Source: a virus
Lineage: Duplodnaviria > Heunggongvirae > Uroviricota > Caudoviricetes
DNA length: 34,274 nt
IMG/VR virus record: IMGVR_UViG_2740892426_000003
Reading direction: 5' to 3' (one strand)
Shown: positions 1 to 7,578 of the stretch, piece by piece
Layout: each line of letters starts with the position of its first letter
Numbering within the stretch: the first letter of the stretch is position 1
Notes under the pieces: generated by a model
Databases searched by the model: none
Told to the model about the DNA's origin: nothing
What the model saw: only the letters and a program-made list of their open reading frames with translations
Program-made: the position numbers and the translations under genes

Positions 1-1200
1 ATGCTGACCGATACCAAGCTGAAAAACCTCAAAGCGCGGGAAAAACTTTATAAAGTTGCAGACCGTGATGGGCTGTATGTAACCGTATCTCCCAAGGGAT
101 TGGTGACGTTTCGCTATGACTATCGAATCAATGGTCGTCGTGAAACGTTAACGATTGGTCGCTATGGTGACGGTATTTCTCTGGCGCAGGCGCGCGAAAA
201 ATTAGTGGAAGCTAAAAAACGCGTAAATGCAGGAATATCGCCCGCTGGAGAGAAGCGTGACGGTAAAACAAAGCGAAAAGAAGAAAAGACACTCCACGAT
301 TTTACCGTCAGCTACATGAAACACACCCGGCTGGCGGACAGCACAAGGGCGATGAAGCAAAGCATTATCGACAGAGACATCACCCCAGTATGGGGGCGCA
401 AGCTGCTGTCAGAGATAACCCCCTCTCTCCTACGTGAGTATTGCGATAAGATAAAAGCGCGTGGTGCGCCAGCGACGGCGATTCAGGTTCGCAATATCGT
501 TAGTGCGGTATTTAAGTTCGCCGCGCTTCACGGCGACTATTACCCCAATCCTGCCGAAGAGGTTTTACCGGCTTCAATTGCGACATTCGAAGCGCGCGAC
601 AGGGCGCTCAAGCCAGAGGAGATAGGCTGGTTTTTCAATCAGCTTGAACAAACGGGTACATTACCCACCATCAAGCTGGCCATTAAATTGGTTTTATTAA
701 CGATGGTGCGTAAAAGTGAACTGCTGAACGCGCCGTGGGGTGAGGTTAATTTTAATGCCTGCCTTTGGACGATTGACGCCAGCCGGATGAAGGGATCACG
801 GGATCATAATGTTTATCTGTCCCGGCAGGCACAGGACATTCTGATTGCCCTGAAAATGTGCGCAGGAAGCAGTGATTGGGTTTTGCCTTCATGCAATCAG
901 TCGTCGCATAAGACCATGTCGGCGGCGACCTTAAACCGGGTCATTAATCTTACGGTTAAGCAGGCGCAGGAACGGGGGATCAGGCTGGCGTCGTTTTCCG
1001 TTCACGATATGCGCCGAACGGCCTCGACGTTATTGCATGAGGCGGGGTTTAATTCCGACTGGATAGAAAAATGCCTCGCGCACGAGGAAAGAAGCGTCAG
1101 AGCCGTTTATAACAAAGCGGAATACGCAGAGCAGCGCCGTGATATGTTGCAGCAGTGGGCGGATATGGTTGATGGGTGGATCAAGCAATACCGCCCGTAA
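1..1200 (+). CDS. int: P4-type tyrosine integrase (site-specific recombinase)
   Basis: 399-aa ORF beginning at window position 1. N-terminus (TDTKLKNLK...DGLYVTVSPKG...) is typical of P4-family integrases; C-terminal catalytic region has HDMRRT (H-x-x-R) and a downstream Tyr (RAVYNKAEY). Family assignment from recalled sequence patterns. Confidence 0.9.
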   Translation: MLTDTKLKNLKAREKLYKVADRDGLYVTVSPKGLVTFRYDYRINGRRETLTIGRYGDGISLAQAREKLVEAKKRVNAGISPAGEKRDGKTKRKEEKTLHDFTVSYMKHTRLADSTRAMKQSIIDRDITPVWGRKLLSEITPSLLREYCDKIKARGAPATAIQVRNIVSAVFKFAALHGDYYPNPAEEVLPASIATFEARDRALKPEEIGWFFNQLEQTGTLPTIKLAIKLVLLTMVRKSELLNAPWGEVNFNACLWTIDASRMKGSRDHNVYLSRQAQDILIALKMCAGSSDWVLPSCNQSSHKTMSAATLNRVINLTVKQAQERGIRLASFSVHDMRRTASTLLHEAGFNSDWIEKCLAHEERSVRAVYNKAEYAEQRRDMLQQWADMVDGWIKQYRP

Positions 1201-1203
1201 GTA

Positions 1204-1470
1204 CTATGCGGGGATCTTGGTACCAGAGCGCTTTGGTGCTTTGGCCAGATTCTTCTGTACCGCACTATCAATATGGTAATGGTTACTTTCCTGCCGAGTC
1301 TTGAGCCAGCGTTCCACTTCCTCTTTGTCCCACGCGACGGCGCGCTTCGTTAGCGCAAAACGTTTGGGAAACAGGCCTTTTTGCTCCAACGCATAAATCG
1401 TACTTTCAGAGAGTGGCACCATCTGTAAAAGCACGTTTTTTCTAATGGCAATTTTCATTGTTTTCCCCAT
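1204..1470 (-). CDS. alpA: AlpA/Vis-family phage transcriptional regulator/excisionase-like protein
   Basis: 88-aa ORF convergent with int; core LSESTIYALEQKGLFPKR...VAWDKEEVERWL matches the AlpA HTH signature (STIYR...G.FP.P...G.R.V.W...EV..W). True start may be an internal Met (MKIAIRK). Confidence 0.75.
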   Translation of the reverse strand: MGKTMKIAIRKNVLLQMVPLSESTIYALEQKGLFPKRFALTKRAVAWDKEEVERWLKTRQESNHYHIDSAVQKNLAKAPKRSGTKIPA

Positions 1471-1819
1471 GCCGTTCGGCGTTCAGGTGTTGCCACTGCG
1501 CTGCAATCCGCTTCATCACCGCATTCCCCTCCGGGATCACCTCCTGCGGCTCTTTCATCAACATTATCCGCCCCCGGATAACGATCAGCGCCTGTTCCAG
1601 CAGGTCATAGTCCAGATAACAGAGGTCGGGAATATCCAATTGCCACACGTAGCCATTCCATGCAGAAAGCAGTACCTGCGCAGCCGCGCGTCCGCCGGTG
1701 GTTTCTGTGAGAGCAACGTCGACAAGGGTATTGACAGCAAGGCGGTATTCCTCTGGCGCTACGCAAAGTCTTTGTCGTTGGGTTTCTTGCGTTGCCAGAG
1801 CCTTAAATATTTCGTTCAT
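1442..1819 (-). CDS. hypothetical protein (between primase and alpA)
   Basis: 125-aa ORF co-oriented with primase and alpA and overlapping the alpA start; no recognisable motif. Confidence 0.5.
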   Translation of the reverse strand: MNEIFKALATQETQRQRLCVAPEEYRLAVNTLVDVALTETTGGRAAAQVLLSAWNGYVWQLDIPDLCYLDYDLLEQALIVIRGRIMLMKEPQEVIPEGNAVMKRIAAQWQHLNAERHGENNENCH

Positions 1820-1828
1820 AACATTTCC

Positions 1829-4483
1829 TTATCGTTGAAAAACCCAACACTTCACTGTCGCCGGGCGGCGCGATGCGGCTGGGTAACGGCGGTTAAATTC
1901 AGCGTTGATGCCGCTGTTAACCGTTCTGACTTCAATAAACTTGTGGGTACGGCTGGTTTTCAGTACCCGCTTTAAATCGCTGACTGGTGGGATCTGCTGG
2001 CGACGTTCGGTGGCCAGTTGAATAAAGTGGTTAAGGTTGACGGCGATAAGCTGTTCATCGCGCGAGTGGTTAAGCTGCGGTTCGTCGTCGCCATCGAGGA
2101 AGTCGAAAATATCCCAGAACTCCTGTACCAGAGGATGGTCGGCGCTGATAGCCTGCTGGCGTTCCAGACTGAGCTGGATAAACATTTCTCTGGTGGCCTG
2201 TAGCTGTTCCTCCGTGACCGGAATAACCAGCGCCAGCGCGTCGAGCAGCGCCATAAGCTGGGCGTGGTTTTTAATGATGCGGATATGGCGAATATCGGGG
2301 TGGGCGTGAAGCTGCTGCTCGTATAGCGGGATCTGCCGGTTGACGCACTCCAGCACGGCCTGTTCCGCCAGCGCTGCCTTCAGCATAAAGCCGGAAAGCA
2401 GCTCCACCGGCAGGCGTTCGAGCTGCTCGGCAGCGACCTTGGTCTGAGTATTCTGGCCGCTGCGGTCGGTGTACAGGTGAATAATACGTTCCAGCACCGG
2501 GTTAGAGGCGCTGACGTCGGCGTTTTGCGCAATTACAATCGCGCCCCGGAACGGCGGTTCATAGGTCTCGTTACCGCTGTTACGCAGACCGCGAGAACGT
2601 ACCGACCGCCCGTTGTAGGCGGTTTTCAGCTCTTCCCAATCAAAGCCGCGCTGTTTTGCACCCTCCTGATTACGGTCACCCTCGATCAGCACTACCGGCA
2701 TATTCGCCACCTGCGCAAAGTTGCGCGCGCGGGCGGCCAGCGTTGATTTAGACGGATCGAAACCTTCATAGTCGCGTCGACCCAACAGTTTCCAGAGGAA
2801 CTCTATCAGCGTGGTTTTACCGCTGCCGGGTTCGCCGACGATTTCCAGAAACGGAAAGCTCTTGTGCTTGTCGCGGATCTGTTCTGCAAACATCGTCCCA
2901 AACCAGAACGCCAGCGCCACAAAGCCCTTTGCGCCAAACGCCTGCCAGAGTAACTGGGGCCACTGGCTGTCCATCTGTTTTAAATTGTCGTTCAGCGTCA
3001 GGCTGACCGACTGGTTCAGGCTTTTAAGGCTGAGTTTGCCCATGTCGAAGAAGTCTTCTTCGTTGAGCGCGTACAGCCGACCATCGCGAACGGCCAGATC
3101 GTTGAACACGTAAGCGCGGTATTCTTTGCTATAGCCGATAAAATCGGTGGTCTGGACGGTTTTGATTTTGGGAAGTTGCTTGAGCAGCAGCTTATCTAAC
3201 TGCTGACTAGTGCCAGTAAAGATGCCGCCCTGTGCGATATGCAGCAGGCGCTTTTTGAATTCTGAGCCGCTGGAAAGTTGGGAGCCGGTGAAGGTGTTTT
3301 TTATCGGCGGCGTGTCGTCCGGGAAGTTAATGCGAAAGTAATACCAGCTTTCGTCGGTGATGGTGTTGGCCTGATAGTAGAGGGCGGTCGGGTAGCAGTT
3401 GGCGATCTCCACCACGGCGGACGACTCTTTCAGCGCCTTCTGTTTCAGCTCTTCTTCGCTCAGGTCGTCATTGGAGAATGAGATACTTTCATGCACCCGC
3501 ATATAGCGGTCAATATCCAGCTTGAACCAGAACAGGCGGCTGTCAAACTCGAAGTGGAACTCTTTACGCTCTGTCTGTTCGTGCATCAGCAGGGCTTTGG
3601 CGGCGGGAGAGGTGGCGATCAGCAGAGAGCCGTAGTAGCGGTATTTCTTCACTAGCTCTGGGTTAAGCCGGTCGCGTTGGTGCAAATCGTTCCAGTCCAG
3701 CTTGCTGCGGGAATGCGGCGTCTGTGCGGCGGCTGCGCTCCAGCCTTCGTCCCGGCTGCGCTTTACCCATCGCCGGGTATAGCTCATGCCCGCCTTGTCG
3801 TTATCCAGCGCCCATACCAGTAAAGGGCGCTTTTTATCCACGAACAGCGCGGCCAGTTGGTTTAACGCCTGCGCCGGATAGTTGTTGCAGGTCATCAGGG
3901 AAACGGCGGCGATGCCGTGGTGGTGCAGGGCGATAGCGTCAAAAATGCCCTCAACCAGCCAGATCTCCTGCTGCCCTTCCAGCTTCAGCGTTGGCAATTG
4001 CCACCATAGCCCGCTGTAAGCGCCGTGAAAATTGGCTTTGCGATCGCCGAAACGCTGCGGGCGGTCAACGATCCGCTCCCACCACACGCCGTCAGCCAGC
4101 GGGAAACGCACGGTGGCCGAGCCGATATCGCGCCGTGCGTCGTAGTAGTTCTCTTGAGCGTAACAGTCACGGATCAGCGAAAGATCAAAGCCGCGCATCT
4201 CGCGCAGGTAGGCATCGGCGGCGGCCTGTGGGTTTTCCGGGGTTGGGGGATATCTGTCTGACCAGCTTTCAAACAGTTCCGGGTACACCTCTTTGATATG
4301 GATTTCGGCATTGCATTTATTCAGACGACCGCAGCGCAGTACCCACGGGCTGATGGCGTTGGTGTATAGCTCCTTTTTCTGGCAGTCCGGGCAGACGCCC
4401 TGCCGCAGCCAGTCGCCCTGTTCTTTAAAGGAAAAGTCGGCCAGCAGTCGCCGCGTAATTTCCTGATGAAGTTGTGGTTGCAT
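1829..4483 (-). CDS. P4 alpha-like DNA primase-helicase (zinc-binding primase N-terminus, Toprim, D5/SF3-like NTPase)
   Basis: 884-aa ORF; N-terminal Cys cluster (CPDC...C..C), Toprim-like LVEGIFDAIALHHHG, Walker A GEPGSGKTT and Walker B-like VVLIEGD. Architecture as in satellite P4 alpha and PICI pri-rep proteins. Confidence 0.85.
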   Translation of the reverse strand: MQPQLHQEITRRLLADFSFKEQGDWLRQGVCPDCQKKELYTNAISPWVLRCGRLNKCNAEIHIKEVYPELFESWSDRYPPTPENPQAAADAYLREMRGFDLSLIRDCYAQENYYDARRDIGSATVRFPLADGVWWERIVDRPQRFGDRKANFHGAYSGLWWQLPTLKLEGQQEIWLVEGIFDAIALHHHGIAAVSLMTCNNYPAQALNQLAALFVDKKRPLLVWALDNDKAGMSYTRRWVKRSRDEGWSAAAAQTPHSRSKLDWNDLHQRDRLNPELVKKYRYYGSLLIATSPAAKALLMHEQTERKEFHFEFDSRLFWFKLDIDRYMRVHESISFSNDDLSEEELKQKALKESSAVVEIANCYPTALYYQANTITDESWYYFRINFPDDTPPIKNTFTGSQLSSGSEFKKRLLHIAQGGIFTGTSQQLDKLLLKQLPKIKTVQTTDFIGYSKEYRAYVFNDLAVRDGRLYALNEEDFFDMGKLSLKSLNQSVSLTLNDNLKQMDSQWPQLLWQAFGAKGFVALAFWFGTMFAEQIRDKHKSFPFLEIVGEPGSGKTTLIEFLWKLLGRRDYEGFDPSKSTLAARARNFAQVANMPVVLIEGDRNQEGAKQRGFDWEELKTAYNGRSVRSRGLRNSGNETYEPPFRGAIVIAQNADVSASNPVLERIIHLYTDRSGQNTQTKVAAEQLERLPVELLSGFMLKAALAEQAVLECVNRQIPLYEQQLHAHPDIRHIRIIKNHAQLMALLDALALVIPVTEEQLQATREMFIQLSLERQQAISADHPLVQEFWDIFDFLDGDDEPQLNHSRDEQLIAVNLNHFIQLATERRQQIPPVSDLKRVLKTSRTHKFIEVRTVNSGINAEFNRRYPAASRRPATVKCWVFQR

Positions 4484-4571
4484 TGCCAGTACCTTTATTC
4501 AGGTAATACTTACCCGTCGCACAGACACGTTGTTTATGCGTTGTGGTTGTGAGTCTTTTATTTACTGAGTG

Positions 4572-4802
4572 TTACGCGATTTTCTGCTTTTGCAGAAATT
4601 GCCCGCGTGTGGATAGCGGGATGTGTATCTTAGGATTCGGGCAACCGCTCGGTACCACTGTTCCCATCACGGTTTCCATTGCGATAAATGAAAACGAACA
4701 GTTAACGTTTTTGCACTGGTAATAGAGCTTACGTACCAGCGGTGACATATATTCGCTGCTGCGAATTATCGCCTTACCGTCGCAGTGTGGGCATTTCATC
4801 AT
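4572..4802 (-). CDS. ogr: Ogr/Delta-family zinc-finger late transcription activator
   Basis: MMKCPHCDGKAIIRSSEYMSPLVRKLYYQCKNVNCSFSF has the CxxC...CxxxxC zinc-finger of P2 Ogr. Start set at the ATG-ATG pair preceded by AAGGAGA; the ORF-track start at 4820 is probably an upstream overextension. Confidence 0.85.
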   Translation of the reverse strand: MMKCPHCDGKAIIRSSEYMSPLVRKLYYQCKNVNCSFSFIAMETVMGTVVPSGCPNPKIHIPLSTRGQFLQKQKIA

Positions 4803-4838
4803 GTCCTGTCTCCTTACCACTTTTAACTAACTGAAACA

Positions 4839-5045
4839 CTAACGCTTTTCGTTAACGGACTGACGAAATAGTGTGATGCCGTTCAAAAAAATGATTCTTG
4901 CCATGCTGGACATCGAACGGTTCTGATCCAGCGCTAATGCTTCCAGTTCCGCGATTTCAGCGGGGAGCAGGCGCATTGCCACCGGTTTGTTCGACATCAC
5001 CCCGCGAGGCGCTCTTGAGCGTAAGACGTTCTCATTTGTTTTCAT
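4839..5045 (-). CDS. small ribbon-helix-helix (CopG/Arc-like) DNA-binding protein, first gene of the leftward ogr-primase transcription unit
   Basis: 68-aa ORF 18 nt upstream of ogr. VAMRLLPAEIAELEALA...RSMSSMARIIF looks like an RHH beta-strand plus helices. Divergent from the HTH gene across an 80-bp control region. Start may be internal. Confidence 0.5.
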   Translation of the reverse strand: MKTNENVLRSRAPRGVMSNKPVAMRLLPAEIAELEALALDQNRSMSSMARIIFLNGITLFRQSVNEKR

Positions 5046-5125
5046 GGTGGTATATTGTGGTTATTAACATTACACAATCTATAATTCCCTCAATTGAGTG
5101 AATTGTCAATGGTAATTATATCCAA

Positions 5126-5461
5126 ATGAAAGAATTTGGCATCCGTTTGAAGGAAGAACGTATCCGACTTGGACTTGATCAAGACGGCTTTGGACAACTT
5201 GGGGGCGTGAAGAAAAACGCACAAAGCAACTATGAGAATGGGTTGCGCAAGCCGGACAGTGACTATCTTGCTGGCATAGCGGCAGCGGGAGTTGATGTTC
5301 TGTATGTTCTAACAGGCAACCGCACGCCTGTGGTTACGTTGTCCAGTAAAGAGAGTGTGTTGGTGGAAAACTATCGTTCTGCTACGCCAGAACACCAGTC
5401 CACCCTTGACACGGTTAGCGCTGCGCTTGCGCAACCGATGAATTGTCGAAAAGTACAATGA
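5126..5461 (+). CDS. XRE-family helix-turn-helix transcriptional regulator (possible prophage repressor)
   Basis: 111-aa ORF; N-terminal GIRLKEERIRLGLDQDGFGQLGGVKKNAQSNYENGLRKPDSDYLAGIAAAGVDVLYVLTG is a Cro/C1-type HTH. First gene of a three-gene plus-strand operon. Confidence 0.75.
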   Translation: MKEFGIRLKEERIRLGLDQDGFGQLGGVKKNAQSNYENGLRKPDSDYLAGIAAAGVDVLYVLTGNRTPVVTLSSKESVLVENYRSATPEHQSTLDTVSAALAQPMNCRKVQ

Positions 5462-5491
5462 TTTATTAAATTCAGCTTATTAGGAGTAATT

Positions 5492-6580
5492 ATGGCAAAT
5501 GTCGGCTTTTCTTTTGAGGGGGTGATGATTGAAAGAATTATTGCTCATCGAATCTTCCCAAGGTCTCCCGATAAGCAAATGGTTCCACCTAAGTTAAGTA
5601 ATCAGTTAATAACGTTAGAACAAGATGCTTTGGATGCACTACAGGTTCGTATAACAGAAGCCTTAGGTAATAAATCTCATGGCATTGAAATGTCTATCAC
5701 TGATACCGGTGATGATAGTTTTTTTGCACTGACAACGTCTGTACTACATGTTGAAGGCGAATCATTTATTAACGTATCTAAGCGATTGGCGCATAAGTTA
5801 ACAGAAGCTCAATATAGTGCGGGGAAGGTTTCCGGTGGTGTGTTAGTAATCATTACGGGAAAAATTGGTGAACAAGCCTGCCCATTCTTTGCTGTACTGC
5901 GTGCTGAAATGCAAAACGGATTTCGGACCAATGATACCCCAGAGAAAATAGCGATGGAGTATATTGCTGACTTATTACTTACACCAACTCAGCGGCTTTA
6001 TAAAATAGGAGTGTTGATTGAGTGTGAGTCAGGCCATGAATTGATTGATGGTCGTTGTGATACGCAATATTATCGTTCATTTTTATTTGATCACTTGATG
6101 ACATCGACGGAAACTAAAAATGCTGCGGGGTATTTTTACAGTGTTTTTCTTGGAATGGGGATCGAAAAATCCTCCAAGAAATTGACGCAGGATTTTTTTG
6201 AACATACTCGAAATTTCATTAATCAGGCTCCAGTTGATGAGGAAACTAAGTTTGATTTACACGAGTCATTACGTTCTGAACTGAGAAGTCAGAAAGCAAC
6301 TTTGAGTACCGCTTCGTTTGCTACGGAACATCTTCCTCAAGAATTACAGACGAGCTATCAGTCATTTATGGCTCAAAAAGGTTTTCCGCAGAATGCAGTG
6401 TCTAAAGATACTGATTATATTAAGAAAAAGCTTCGTCGTAGAAGTAAATTAGTGTTTACAAGCGATGTATGGATATCCATACCACCAGATCAAGTAAAAG
6501 AACTGGTACAGATTGAACAAACAGATGATGATGAGTCAACTACACTTAAAGTCAAAGGGCGGTTGAAAAGTCAAGAATGA
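5492..6580 (+). CDS. NA37/YejK (NdpA)-like nucleoid-associated-protein-family protein; candidate DNA-binding sensor or antitoxin component
   Basis: 362-aa ORF with RBS TAGGAG upstream. By-eye similarity to E. coli YejK recalled from memory: I..H.I near the N-terminus, a GG-hydrophobic stretch (SGGVLVIITG), FLGMG...DFF, and C-terminal F..KG...TL.VKG. Very AT-rich relative to flanking phage genes. Stop overlaps the next start (ATGA). Confidence 0.55.
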   Translation: MANVGFSFEGVMIERIIAHRIFPRSPDKQMVPPKLSNQLITLEQDALDALQVRITEALGNKSHGIEMSITDTGDDSFFALTTSVLHVEGESFINVSKRLAHKLTEAQYSAGKVSGGVLVIITGKIGEQACPFFAVLRAEMQNGFRTNDTPEKIAMEYIADLLLTPTQRLYKIGVLIECESGHELIDGRCDTQYYRSFLFDHLMTSTETKNAAGYFYSVFLGMGIEKSSKKLTQDFFEHTRNFINQAPVDEETKFDLHESLRSELRSQKATLSTASFATEHLPQELQTSYQSFMAQKGFPQNAVSKDTDYIKKKLRRRSKLVFTSDVWISIPPDQVKELVQIEQTDDDESTTLKVKGRLKSQE

Positions 6581-7578
6581 TGAGTATAGAGGATTTTAGA
6601 CGTTATCTGGTTGAAAACCATGCTGCTTATGAAGCATGGGGTAAACATATTGCGTCTGAAATCAATGCGGCTTTGATTGAACAACTTGGTGAAGGGGCCG
6701 CCCAGCTCTTCATCAAGGTACCACCCACTCCGAGAGTTAAAGGTATCGAGTCCGCATTAGGGAAGGTTGGTCGTAAAGGTTATAACAACCCTGTTCAGCA
6801 GATGACGGATCTCGTTGGCGTTCGTTTTGTCGTTTTACTTTCTGAAGATATTGAGACAATCTGTAAAATCATTCAGAATAATGAACAATGGATAGCTGTT
6901 GTTTCTAAAGATTATCAGGATGAAATAGAGGTAAACCCTAAACTATTTGATTATCAATCAAAGCATTTTGAAATAAGGCCAAAGATAAATAGCGTTATAT
7001 CGGGAGTTAATATTACAACTGATATGTGCTGTGAAGTACAAATTAGAACATTATTGCAGCATGCGTATGCAGAATTAGTTCATGATAGCGTTTATAAACC
7101 TGTTGGCCCCGTACCGAAAAAAGCGGAGCGCCAAATTGCGCGTAGTATGGCTTTGATGGAAACAACAGATGAATTATTTTGTAATACAATGCGGCTTTTA
7201 TGTGATACTAATAAACCAAGAAATGATTTTTTAAAGGAGTTAAAAGATTTTTATATAAATAAAATTGGGAGGCAGTATTTAAATCAGGAAGATAAAATAA
7301 ATTATTGTTTTTTAGATGAGTATAGGTCGTTTATACAAGAAGATCTTTTGACTAATCTAATCGACCTTCTTGATAAGAAAAAATATATATCATATAAAAT
7401 CCAACAAAGGGCTACTGCCAATCTTTTTTTTGCGCAGCCAGTGGTCATTTTTACTTACTGGCTGGCAATAAATGAAGACAGTAATAAATTACAGCAAGAA
7501 TGGCCGTTACCTGGATATTTGAACGAATTGAGAATGATTTTAAGTGATGTTGGTGTAAGTAGCGGTATTGGATATTAA
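6577..7578 (+). CDS. RelA/SpoT-homologue nucleotidyltransferase (small-alarmone-synthetase/toxSAS-like) with ~150-aa C-terminal extension
   Basis: 333-aa ORF. Synthetase-domain motifs are visible: PRVKGIESALGKVGRKG, TDLVGVRFVV, and CEVQIRTLLQHAYAE (the E-[IV]-Q-I-R-T...H...AE signature). C-terminal third is K/N-rich, AT-rich and unassigned. Translationally coupled to the upstream gene. Confidence 0.8.
   Translation: MMSIEDFRRYLVENHAAYEAWGKHIASEINAALIEQLGEGAAQLFIKVPPTPRVKGIESALGKVGRKGYNNPVQQMTDLVGVRFVVLLSEDIETICKIIQNNEQWIAVVSKDYQDEIEVNPKLFDYQSKHFEIRPKINSVISGVNITTDMCCEVQIRTLLQHAYAELVHDSVYKPVGPVPKKAERQIARSMALMETTDELFCNTMRLLCDTNKPRNDFLKELKDFYINKIGRQYLNQEDKINYCFLDEYRSFIQEDLLTNLIDLLDKKKYISYKIQQRATANLFFAQPVVIFTYWLAINEDSNKLQQEWPLPGYLNELRMILSDVGVSSGIGY

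Noticed and set aside
1445-1975. 176-aa plus-strand ORF spanning the alpA/hypothetical/primase junctions
   Set aside because: Crosses three minus-strand genes that form a coherent operon; no supporting signals.
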